Source of the DNA: Verrucomicrobiota bacterium
GTDB taxonomy: Bacteria > Verrucomicrobiota > Verrucomicrobiia > Opitutales > Opitutaceae
Direction: 5' to 3'
DNA length: 64,000 nt
Assembly (NCBI GenBank): GCA_031387725.1
Contig: JANNDM010000013.1
Coordinates: 7,134-71,133 of the forward strand
Position numbers and translations under genes: made by a program. Shown here in pieces: positions 26,597 through 35,152 of this stretch (position 1 is the stretch's first letter; every line of letters starts with the position of its first letter). The notes beneath the pieces are model-generated. The model was given only the letters and a program-made list of their open reading frames with translations, was not told the origin of the DNA and searched no databases.

Positions 26597-27892
26597 TTAT
26601 TCGCCTCCCGCCCACTTGGGCTTGGTGCGGAGATGATAAAGGCGTTCGCCGGCCTTCGGTTCGTAGAAGATGCCCTCGGCCTCCCGGTTCGCGTAGTCGT
26701 CCGGGCTGATGGTGCGCCAGTCGCGATAACCGAGGTTGATCTTCCGACAGGTGGCCTCGGGGATGCCGGTGGCAAGGGTCACGCGCACGCGCGGCGTCTC
26801 GATGCCGGCCTGCTCGTCGTAGGTGCCGATGCCGTGGACGTGGGTGGAATGGGCGAGGGTGCCCCAGGGCTCGTGCTGGTATTTGTCCCACTGCTTGAGG
26901 AAAAACTGCACGCAGTGGTAGCCGATGCGCTCGATCATCGCGCCGTGGACCAGCGAGATCTCATGGATGTGCGGGGCATAGATGATGAGTTCGCCGCCGT
27001 CGGCGACAATGGGCTCGAGCTTATACATGCACTTCCCGCCGACCCAGAGCTCGTCATACATTTTCGGCGCGCAGGAGAGCACGGTATGGAAGGGCCGGTC
27101 CTTGTAGGTGATGTGGAGTTCGCGGGAAAGTTCGCTCGCGTCGTCCCAGGCCTGTTCGGGGGTGCCGGCAAAGAGGCCGGCCAGCTCGCCCTGGCCGTGG
27201 ACGACCAGGCAGAAGCAGAGCTTGGGCACCGTGACCATCGCGCCGGCGCGGTCGACGACCTTGCGCACGGGCGTCCACTTGTTGCCGATGATCATCGGGT
27301 TGGTGACGACGGCGCCGAGCCAGTGGAAGAAATTCAGGATGCCCGGGCCGGCCACGCCGGGGAACAGGTATTTGTTGCCGCCGGAGAAGCCGACGACCTC
27401 GTGGGGAAAGACCGGGCCGCAGAGGATGATCTGGTCGTAGTCGAAGAGACGCCGGTTGATGTGCACCGGCACATCCATGGCAAAGAGACCGCCGGAGAGG
27501 TCCTTGATGTCCGCCGCCGGGATGTTCCCCAGGTCGCGGAGCGCGGCGGGATTGTCCCACTCGTGATTGATGAACGCGACGTCCTTGTAGGTGGTGGTGC
27601 GCTCGGCGGCGGTGATCTCGACGCGACGGTTGATGGCCTCCTCCGTCATCGCGGGGTGCGTGCCGAGGGCGAGCAGGACATCGAATTTCTTGGTCACGCC
27701 CGCGAGCCGGGCAAAGAGAGTCTTGAACATCAGCCCGACCGGCGCGGTGCGGGTCGCGTCGGGGATGATGAGCACGATGCGTTTGCCCCGGTAATTTTCC
27801 GCCGGGCACGCGGCGGCGACCAACGCGCGGACCTGGTCGGCGTCGAGGGAGCGGCCGGCAGGGGCGAGGGAGCGATGCGGGGCGTTGGCCAT
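26597..27892 (-). CDS. Lactate racemase (LarA) family nickel-pincer racemase/epimerase homolog
   Basis: IIPDATRT, ALGTHP, PHEVVGFSGGNKYLFPG, FFHW, GGK match the LarA motif series; substrate unknown. Confidence 0.82.
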   Translation of the reverse strand: MANAPHRSLAPAGRSLDADQVRALVAAACPAENYRGKRIVLIIPDATRTAPVGLMFKTLFARLAGVTKKFDVLLALGTHPAMTEEAINRRVEITAAERTTTYKDVAFINHEWDNPAALRDLGNIPAADIKDLSGGLFAMDVPVHINRRLFDYDQIILCGPVFPHEVVGFSGGNKYLFPGVAGPGILNFFHWLGAVVTNPMIIGNKWTPVRKVVDRAGAMVTVPKLCFCLVVHGQGELAGLFAGTPEQAWDDASELSRELHITYKDRPFHTVLSCAPKMYDELWVGGKCMYKLEPIVADGGELIIYAPHIHEISLVHGAMIERIGYHCVQFFLKQWDKYQHEPWGTLAHSTHVHGIGTYDEQAGIETPRVRVTLATGIPEATCRKINLGYRDWRTISPDDYANREAEGIFYEPKAGERLYHLRTKPKWAGGE

Positions 27893-27907
27893 GAGGCGGC
27901 GGCGAGA

Positions 27908-28786
27908 TCAGCGGTGCGCGGGGGTATAGCCCAACAGGCGCGACAGCTCGGCGGCGGCCGCCTGGACCTTGCCGGCCATCTCGGGGATCCGCTCCCTGGT
28001 GAAGCGGACGGTGGAGGCGGTGATGCCGATCGCCGCGGTCACATTGCCGTCAGAGGCGTAGACGGGAGCAGCCAGACAACGGATGCCCGGCGCAAATTCC
28101 TCATCATCGAGGCTGTAGCCGCGCTTGCGGGTCAACTCGGCCTCGCGCTTGATTTGGGCGAGGGTGGTGTGGGTGCGAGGGGTCCGCGCCGTCGCGCGTT
28201 GGGGATAGATCTCGGCGATGCGCTGGCGGTGGACGAAGGCGAGGAACGATTTGCCGGTGGAAGAACAGTGCAGTTCGGCCAAAAAACCGGGCCGGGAGGC
28301 GGCGCGCAGCGGGTGGGGGCTGTCCTGCACGGCCACGATCAGGGAACGGTCATCACAAGGGATCGCCAGGTGGGAGGTCTCGTCCGTCTGGGCGGTGAGG
28401 TTTTCCAAAACCGGCAGGGCCATGGCCCGGATCTCGGTGCCGGCGAGGGAGGCGTTGCCGAGGGAGATCAGCACCGGGCCGAGTTCATAACGGTTCTCCA
28501 TCTTGCGCGCCAAACCCTCCAATTGCAGGGTGGCCATGATGCGGAGGGTCGTGGTGACGGGGATGTGCAGCTCGCGACTGATTTCGGCGGCTTTGTAACC
28601 ATCTGGTTGGCGGCCCAGCAACTTGAGGATCCGGCAGGCGTTGCGGAGATTGGGAATGATGTAGCGCGCCAGCTTGTCCGTCTCGCTCGAGGCAGGCGAC
28701 TGAAGAGGGGGGCGGGCAGGCATGGCGGAAAGCGAAACCGCTTTGCGGGGGACGGCCAAGGGGAAAGCAGGGGGCAAGCGGGGCAT
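27908..28786 (-). CDS. IclR-family transcriptional regulator
   Basis: HTH (IPNLRNACRILKLL..IPVTTTLRIMATL), HCSSTGK, GYSLDDEEF..GIRCLAAPV. Start 28786 or 28723. Confidence 0.9.
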   Translation of the reverse strand: MPRLPPAFPLAVPRKAVSLSAMPARPPLQSPASSETDKLARYIIPNLRNACRILKLLGRQPDGYKAAEISRELHIPVTTTLRIMATLQLEGLARKMENRYELGPVLISLGNASLAGTEIRAMALPVLENLTAQTDETSHLAIPCDDRSLIVAVQDSPHPLRAASRPGFLAELHCSSTGKSFLAFVHRQRIAEIYPQRATARTPRTHTTLAQIKREAELTRKRGYSLDDEEFAPGIRCLAAPVYASDGNVTAAIGITASTVRFTRERIPEMAGKVQAAAAELSRLLGYTPAHR

Positions 28787-28816
28787 GATTTTTTTTGTTG
28801 CCCTCTGATCTAAATA

Positions 28817-28847
28817 TTCAAATATGGATGGCAAGTTCATTAGTGAA
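28817..28847. promoter_or_regulatory. Candidate IclR operators in divergent iclR / TonB receptor promoter
   Basis: TTCAAATATGGA (28817-28828) and TTCATTAGTGAA (28836-28847), same TTCA-N4-TGAA core as at 24623. Confidence 0.6.
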
Positions 28848-28891
28848 ATATTGCGCACCGGCGCAGCCCTGACCCTCAACCCCCACCGACC

Positions 28892-31800
28892 ATGCCTTCC
28901 ACCCCCGCCTGCGGGCAGCTCCTGCTGCGCCGCGTCTGCTCCCACTCCGCCCGGCTTTCCGGCCGCGGGCTTTGTGTCCTTGCCCTGACCTTGCTCTTGC
29001 CGGGCCTGCTGCCCGCCCAGACCACCGGCACCGTCACCGGCCGCATTGAAAATGCGGTCTCAGGCAGTGCGCTCAACCTCGCCCGGATTACCGCCAAGGG
29101 CACCGGCCGCGAGGTGTTCTCCAATGAATACGGTGAATACCAGTTCTCCGGTCTGACCGCCGGCGAGGTGGAATTGACGGTCACCTACACCGGCCTGGCC
29201 GCTCAGACGGCCAAGGTTACGGTCCCAGCCGGTGGCTCGGTCACCCAGGACTTCAGCGTCACTTCAAGCCGAATGACCGAGGAGATGAAGGGTGATACGG
29301 TCAAACTCGACACTTTCACGGTGTCGACCCAGCGCGACACCAACGCCGCCTCCATTGCGGCCAACGAACAGCGCTATTCCCCCAGCCTGAAGAGCGTGGT
29401 CTCGGCGGATGCGTTTGGCGACGTCACCGAGGGCAACATCGGCGAGTTCATGAAATATCTCCCGGGCGTGTCGGTGGACTATGTGGCGGCGGACGTGCGC
29501 ACCATGTCGGTGCGCGGGTTCGCGGACAACTTCACCAGTGTGTCAGTCAACGGTGCCCGCATGGCCAGTTCCTCGTCCGGCGCCGGCAGCCGCTCCTTCG
29601 AGTTCGAGCAGGTCTCCATCAACAACGTGGCGCGCATCGAGATCTCCAAGGCGCCCACCCCCAGCATGCCCGCCGATTCATTGGGCGGGGCCGTTAATCT
29701 CGTCAGCAAAAACGCCTTCGAGCGCAAAGGGGCGGAATTCAAATACAAGGCCTACCTCAGTCTCAACAGCGAGGATCTCGACTTCTTCAAAAAGACGGCG
29801 GGCCCGATGGACAAAGCGACCCGCAAGATTCTGCCGGGCTTTGATTTCGACTATACCCTGCCGATCTCGAAGACCTTCGGAATCGTGATCACCGGGCTTT
29901 CGTCCAACCAGTTCAACGAGCAGCATCGCTCCCAGAACACCTATGAGTTCGCCCGGGCCGGGGCGACCGCCGCCAATCCCTACCTGCAACAATACCAGTT
30001 CCAGGACGGACCGAAGAACACCTTCCGTGATTCGTTCAGCATCAAGGCGGACTGGAAGGTCCGGCCGAACCACGTGCTGTCCGCCAGCCTGCAGGCCAAC
30101 TATTATCTCTCGCAGTTCGGCAACCGCAACTTCGCCTACAACATCGGCACGACCGCCACGTCCAACCCGGCCGGCGGCCAGGCCCTGACCTGGACCCCCA
30201 CCTCGGTGACCGGTGCCACGGGCCGTGGCACCGTGCAGGGGCAGACTTCCTTCCGCGACAAATACGGTGCGACGACGGCCGGCAACCTCACCTGGACCTA
30301 CAAGGAAAATTCGTGGGAGGTCGACGCGAGCCTGAATGCCTCGCGCTCCCGGACCTGGTATCGTGATACCGGCCGGAACCATTTCAGTGAGGTGCGCACC
30401 GCCATGGCCGGGGTGTCCCGCATCAGCTTCGACAACATCAATCCCATCCGCCCCGGCACGATCAGCATCTACAATGCGGCGGGCGCGTTGCTCGATCCTA
30501 CGCTGCTCAGCAACTACACGATCACCTTTGGCCGCGGCAACCCGATCGACGCCTACGACCAATTCGCGGGCGGCAACGTCAACGTAAAATATAACTTGAA
30601 TCTCTCCTTCCCGGCTGCGGTCAAAGTCGGTCTCGATCAGCGCACCCAAAACCGCAACATCCGCCGCTACGATGAGTCCTGGAGCCTCGCCGGCACGGTC
30701 ACGGGCACGGACTACGTGGATCAGGGTTACCTGAACCAAGATCCCTACTGGGGGCTGCCGGCCCAGCAGTGGCCTGATGCCTACAAGTTGTTTGCCCTCT
30801 TCAAATCCAACCCGGCGGCCTTCGCGCAGACGGCGGCCCAACAACTGGCGGCGGAGCGCTTCCGCATCCAGAACTCCCAATACTTGGAGGAGACGATCTC
30901 CTCGGTCTATGGGCAAGCCGAGCTCAAGTTCATGGACGGACGCCTGGGCGTCGTGACCGGGGTGCGGTTCGAGAAAACCAAGGACACCGGTCGCGGCCCG
31001 AAGACCAAGGGCCCGATCACCACCCTGGCGCTTTTGCAGGCCAATCTGATCGAGCGCGGTTACGAGACCAGCGCGGCCTATGATGGCTACTATCCCAGTT
31101 TCCACGCCACTTACGCGATCAATCACAATATGCTCGCGCGCTTCTCCTACTCGACCGCCCTTGGGCGTCCCGACTTCGCCAACATCCTGCCGCTGGCCCG
31201 CGTCAACGACACCAGCGTCGTGCTGGATGACGGCCTGACGCCGACGATTCCGCCGCTGACCGTGATTGTCACCAACACGGCGCTCAAACCCTGGGACGGT
31301 GAGAGCTACGACTTCTCCCTGGAGTATTATTTCCCCAAGGGCGGCGTGCTTTCGGGAGGCTATTTCATCAAAAACCTGACTGATTTCTGGGGCACGGCGA
31401 GCCGGACGGTGACGGCCCAGGATATCACGGACTTTGACCTGGATGCCACCGCCCTTGGTCTCGCCTTGCAGACCACCGTTAACATCGGCGCCGCCAAGAT
31501 CACGGGCTGGGAATTCAACTTCCAGAAGTCCCTCGATTTCCTCCCTGGCATCGCGAGGGACTTCAGCGTCTTCGCCAACGCGACCAAGCTCAAGCTCTCC
31601 GGTCCCCAGAACGCTGATTTCGCCAAATTTATCGAAGAGTCCGCCAGCTGGGGTGTCACCTACAGCCGCAAGCCGGTGGTGCTCTCGCTCAAGTGGAATT
31701 ACCGCGGCCGCCAGCGGCTCGCCGCCCAGACCGGCACCGCCTTCCAGGCGGTCGGGGTCGATGCCGGATTCCGCGAATACTACGCGCCGCGCACCTTCCT

Positions 31801-31981
31801 GGATGTGAACGCCGAGTATCAATTCTCCAAGCGTTTCGCCCTATTCGCCAACGCGCGCAACATCATGAACGTGGCGCAAACCCTTGAGCGTTATAACGCC
31901 GCATCCCCGGCTTACAGCCAGAAATACCGCATCGAGGAATTCGGTATCCAGATGGCGGTCGGCGTCAAGGGCACCTTTTAA
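28892..31981 (+). CDS. TonB-dependent receptor with N-terminal carboxypeptidase-regulatory-like domain
   Basis: TGTVTGRI..GEYQFSGL..VTYTGL, VKLDTFTVST, GNIGEFMKYLPGV, RIEISKAPTP; ends KGTF. Confidence 0.9.
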   Translation: MPSTPACGQLLLRRVCSHSARLSGRGLCVLALTLLLPGLLPAQTTGTVTGRIENAVSGSALNLARITAKGTGREVFSNEYGEYQFSGLTAGEVELTVTYTGLAAQTAKVTVPAGGSVTQDFSVTSSRMTEEMKGDTVKLDTFTVSTQRDTNAASIAANEQRYSPSLKSVVSADAFGDVTEGNIGEFMKYLPGVSVDYVAADVRTMSVRGFADNFTSVSVNGARMASSSSGAGSRSFEFEQVSINNVARIEISKAPTPSMPADSLGGAVNLVSKNAFERKGAEFKYKAYLSLNSEDLDFFKKTAGPMDKATRKILPGFDFDYTLPISKTFGIVITGLSSNQFNEQHRSQNTYEFARAGATAANPYLQQYQFQDGPKNTFRDSFSIKADWKVRPNHVLSASLQANYYLSQFGNRNFAYNIGTTATSNPAGGQALTWTPTSVTGATGRGTVQGQTSFRDKYGATTAGNLTWTYKENSWEVDASLNASRSRTWYRDTGRNHFSEVRTAMAGVSRISFDNINPIRPGTISIYNAAGALLDPTLLSNYTITFGRGNPIDAYDQFAGGNVNVKYNLNLSFPAAVKVGLDQRTQNRNIRRYDESWSLAGTVTGTDYVDQGYLNQDPYWGLPAQQWPDAYKLFALFKSNPAAFAQTAAQQLAAERFRIQNSQYLEETISSVYGQAELKFMDGRLGVVTGVRFEKTKDTGRGPKTKGPITTLALLQANLIERGYETSAAYDGYYPSFHATYAINHNMLARFSYSTALGRPDFANILPLARVNDTSVVLDDGLTPTIPPLTVIVTNTALKPWDGESYDFSLEYYFPKGGVLSGGYFIKNLTDFWGTASRTVTAQDITDFDLDATALGLALQTTVNIGAAKITGWEFNFQKSLDFLPGIARDFSVFANATKLKLSGPQNADFAKFIEESASWGVTYSRKPVVLSLKWNYRGRQRLAAQTGTAFQAVGVDAGFREYYAPRTFLDVNAEYQFSKRFALFANARNIMNVAQTLERYNAASPAYSQKYRIEEFGIQMAVGVKGTF

Positions 31982-32012
31982 GCCACCCTGAATTATACCC
32001 TCCCATTTTTCC

Positions 32013-32045
32013 GCTGCCCGGGGCATCCGCCCCGGGCAGCTTTAT
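32013..32045 (+). terminator. Intrinsic terminator-like hairpin after the TonB receptor
   Basis: GCTGCCCGGGGC-ATCC-GCCCCGGGCAGC (perfect 12 bp) followed by TTTAT. Confidence 0.65.
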
Positions 32046-32092
32046 CTGGATCAGCAATGTTGCCTCACCCTCGGACCAGCTTGCCCCCTGAA

Positions 32093-32923
32093 ATGCAAAT
32101 CCCCGAAACCAGTTATTCCCGCACCGCCGCGACCCTGCCGACCGAGGCGCTCCGGGCGGAGTTTCTCGTCAGCGGACTGTTCGCCCTTGGGGCCGCGAAT
32201 TTCCGCTACTGGGAAACAGATCGCACCATCGTGGGCGGCATCACACCCGGGGCTTCCGCGCTGGACCTGCCCAACCCCGCCGAAGTGCGCAGCGGATTTT
32301 TCCTGGAGCGGCGGGAAGCCGGCGTGATCAACCTCGGCGGCCCGGGCAGCGTCACGGTGGACGGCACGGTTCATGCCCTGGAGCCGCTCGATGCGCTCTA
32401 CCTCGGGCGCGGCACCAAGGCGGTCACGTTTGCCTCGCGCTCGGCCGGGCAGCCGGCGCGGTTCTATTTCCTGTCCTATCCCGCGCACACCGCCTACCCG
32501 GGGCGGCACCTTGCGTTCAAGGACGCGAAGGGCGAACGGCTGGGGGTGCGCGAGTCAGCCAACGAGCGCACGCTCTACAAACTCATCCACCCCGGCGCTT
32601 TTCCCACCTGCCAGTTGGTGATGGGCTTTACCCGCATGGAACCGGGCAGTGTCTGGAACACAATGCCGCCGCACACCCACCTCCGGCGCTCCGAGGTCTA
32701 CTGCTATTTCAACGTGCCGCCGGCTGCCGCCGTGTTTCATTTCATGGGCGCGCCGACGGCTACCCGCCACCTTGTGGTGCGCGACCTCGAGGCCGTCCTC
32801 TCCCCGCCGTGGTCCATCCACTGCGGCGTCGGCACAGCCGCCTACGCCTTCGTCTGGGGCATGGGCGGCGAAAATCAGGAATTCGCCGACATGGATCCTG
32901 CACCGGTCGCGCAGCTCCGATGA
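32093..32923 (+). CDS. kduI: 5-keto-4-deoxyuronate isomerase
   Basis: DRTIVGG, FLERREAGVINLGG, CQLVMGFT, WNTMPPHTHLRRSEVY, SPPWSIHCGVGT. Start 32093 or 32057. Confidence 0.93.
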   Translation: MQIPETSYSRTAATLPTEALRAEFLVSGLFALGAANFRYWETDRTIVGGITPGASALDLPNPAEVRSGFFLERREAGVINLGGPGSVTVDGTVHALEPLDALYLGRGTKAVTFASRSAGQPARFYFLSYPAHTAYPGRHLAFKDAKGERLGVRESANERTLYKLIHPGAFPTCQLVMGFTRMEPGSVWNTMPPHTHLRRSEVYCYFNVPPAAAVFHFMGAPTATRHLVVRDLEAVLSPPWSIHCGVGTAAYAFVWGMGGENQEFADMDPAPVAQLR

Positions 32924-32941
32924 ATCTCCGCGTCGAAAAGG

Positions 32942-33005
32942 GTAGGGCGCACCGGCCCGGTGCGCCGCGCGTCTCGGATCGGCGGACCGGGCCGGTCCGC
33001 CCTAC
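32942..33005. repeat. GTAG-type REP doublet (REPIN-like) between kduI and kduD
   Basis: GTAGGGCGCACCGGCCCGGTGCGCC (32942-32966) and inverted copy GTAGGGCGGACCGGCCCGGTCCGCC (reverse complement of 32981-33005); each is internally palindromic. Confidence 0.8.
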
Positions 33006-33017
33006 CTGCTGATCCCC

Positions 33018-33785
33018 ATGTCCAACATCCTCGACAGCTTTCGCCTCGACGGGAAAGCAGCCATTGTCACCGGCGCCTCGCGCGGCCTGGGGGCCGCCAT
33101 GGCGCAGGCCTTGGCCGAGGCCGGCGCCGACCTCGTGCTCGTGGCGCGCGGCGACATGGGCGCCCTGCAAAAAACCATCGCGGCCACCGGCCGGCGGAGC
33201 GTGGTCGTCGCCGCCGATGTCGGCACCCCCGCCGCTGCGGCGAAGATCGTGGCCGCCGCCTATGAGAATTTCGGCCGCGCCGACATCCTCGTCAACAACG
33301 CCGGCATCATCCGCCGCGCCCCCTTGCAGGAGTTTTCCGAGGCGGATTGGAACGACGTCCTCAACGTCAACCTCACCGGCGCGTTCCGCCTCAGCCAGCG
33401 CTTCGCCGCCGAGCTGGTCACGCGCAAGTCGCCGGGCAAGATCATCAACATCGCCTCGATGCTCTCATTCCAGGGCGGCATCCGGGTCGTTTCCTACACG
33501 GCCGCCAAAAGCGCACTGGCCGGCGTCACCCGGGCCATGGCCAACGAGCTCGCGAGCCAGGGGATCAACGTTAACGCCATTGCCCCGGGCTACATGGCCA
33601 CGGACAACACGGCCGCCTTGCAAGCCGACGCCGCCCGCAACAAGTCCATCCTCGAGCGCATCCCCGCCGGCCGCTGGGGCACGCCGGCCGATCTGGCGGG
33701 AGCCGCAATCTTCCTTGCCGCCCCGGCGTCAGACTACATGCACGGCCACATCCTCGCGGTCGATGGCGGCTGGCTCGTGCGCTGA
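33018..33785 (+). CDS. kduD: 2-deoxy-D-gluconate 3-dehydrogenase
   Basis: IVTGASRGLG, NIASMLSFQGGIRVVSYTAAKS, ERIPAGRWG; follows kduI. Confidence 0.9.
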   Translation: MSNILDSFRLDGKAAIVTGASRGLGAAMAQALAEAGADLVLVARGDMGALQKTIAATGRRSVVVAADVGTPAAAAKIVAAAYENFGRADILVNNAGIIRRAPLQEFSEADWNDVLNVNLTGAFRLSQRFAAELVTRKSPGKIINIASMLSFQGGIRVVSYTAAKSALAGVTRAMANELASQGINVNAIAPGYMATDNTAALQADAARNKSILERIPAGRWGTPADLAGAAIFLAAPASDYMHGHILAVDGGWLVR

Positions 33786-33873
33786 ACCCCCATCCCGTTT
33801 GTCATTCTGAACGCAGTAAAGATACCGAGCGAAGCGACATCCTCATCCATGTGCCCGCCTATGACATCCCAGT

Positions 33874-33947
33874 GGTGGAGCGCGCTGACCCCAGCGCGCT
33901 TGCCTCGATGGCTGCCCCACAACGCACTGGGGTCAGTGCGCTCCACC
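33874..33947. repeat. GTGG-type REP doublet upstream of DUF4861 gene
   Basis: GGTGGAGCGCGCTGACCCCAGCGCGCTT and inverted GGTGGAGCGCACTGACCCCAGTGCGTT, with compensatory C/A and C/T changes keeping each hairpin paired. Confidence 0.78.
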
Positions 33948-33949
33948 CC

Positions 33950-35152
33950 ATGAAAGCACTCCTCCTCTTTCTCGCCTCGGCGCTCGCCGCCGTCGCCGCC
34001 CCTCGCCTGACGGTCACGGTGACGCACGACCTCGAGACCGCCCGACCGGCCGAGACCATCACCGTGCCGTGGCTGGAGGTTAACAAGGCGCTGCCGGGTG
34101 CGCTGCTGCAGCGCCTCGCCGTCCACGATGCCAAGGGCAACCTGCTGCCCTATCAGGTCACCAACATCGCCCCGCAGGCCAAGGATCCGCAGGGCGTCGG
34201 CCTGGCCTACGGCGAGCTCATCTTCCAGCACGATTTCGCCGCCAGCGAGAAATCCGCCGCATTCACGGTCGAAAAATCCGACACGGTGGCGCCGGTTTTT
34301 CCCGTCAAGGCCTATGCGCGCTTCGTGCCGGAGCGGCTCGAGGATTTCGCGTGGGAGAATGACAAGATCGGCCACCGCACCTACGGCCCCGCGCTCGCCG
34401 CCCCGGCCGGGCCGGGCCCGGCCAAGGAGGTGCTGGTGACCAGCGGCCTCGATGTCTGGTGCAAGCGCGTCAGTTACCCCATCGTCGACCGGTGGTATAA
34501 CAAGGGGCACGATCATTACCACAAGGACGAGGGCGAGGGGATGGATATGTATTCCGTGCAGACCAGTCGCGGCTGCGGCGGCACCGGCATTTGGGACGGC
34601 CGGCAACTGCACGTCAGCCACAATTACCAGAACTGGCGGGTGCTGGCGAACGGCCCCATCCGCGCGGTCTTCGAACTCACTTACGATACTTGGTCGGCGA
34701 ACGGGGTCTTCGTCTCCGAGGTCAAGCGCTTTACCGTCGATGCCGGCCACAACCTCGACCAGATCGAGAGCACCTTCACCGCCGCCGGCAACGTGAAGGA
34801 GCTCACCATCGGCATCGGCCTCAACAAAACCCCCGCCGACAAGGGTCAGGAGCCGCAGATCGCGCTCACGCCCGTCGCGGCGGACGGCTCCTTCACCCAG
34901 TGGATCGTGCAGCAGACCAACGGCGCGCTCGGCACCGGCGTCATCGTGCCCGACAACTTCACCGGATTTGCCGAGGACGAGCGCAACCACCTGTTGCTGG
35001 CCAAGGTCGTGTCCGGCCAGCCGCTCCGCTATTTCGCCGGGGCCGGCTGGTCCAAGGCCGGCGAGTTCACGACCCGCGAGAGCTGGAATGACTACGTCGC
35101 CGCCTTTTCTGCCCGGCTGAAATCACCGCTCAAGGTTGTTCTGACCCCATGA
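33950..35152 (+). CDS. DUF4861 family secreted protein
   Basis: Start MKALLLFL at 33950; RFVPERLEDFAWENDKIGHRTYG, DVWCKR, DEGEGMDMYSV, RGCGG, GPIRAVFELTY. Confidence 0.75.
   Translation: MKALLLFLASALAAVAAPRLTVTVTHDLETARPAETITVPWLEVNKALPGALLQRLAVHDAKGNLLPYQVTNIAPQAKDPQGVGLAYGELIFQHDFAASEKSAAFTVEKSDTVAPVFPVKAYARFVPERLEDFAWENDKIGHRTYGPALAAPAGPGPAKEVLVTSGLDVWCKRVSYPIVDRWYNKGHDHYHKDEGEGMDMYSVQTSRGCGGTGIWDGRQLHVSHNYQNWRVLANGPIRAVFELTYDTWSANGVFVSEVKRFTVDAGHNLDQIESTFTAAGNVKELTIGIGLNKTPADKGQEPQIALTPVAADGSFTQWIVQQTNGALGTGVIVPDNFTGFAEDERNHLLLAKVVSGQPLRYFAGAGWSKAGEFTTRESWNDYVAAFSARLKSPLKVVLTP

Noticed and set aside
32942-33947. Repeat doublets considered as a CRISPR array or IS ends
   Set aside because: Inverted pairs rather than regularly spaced direct repeats; no cas or transposase gene nearby.
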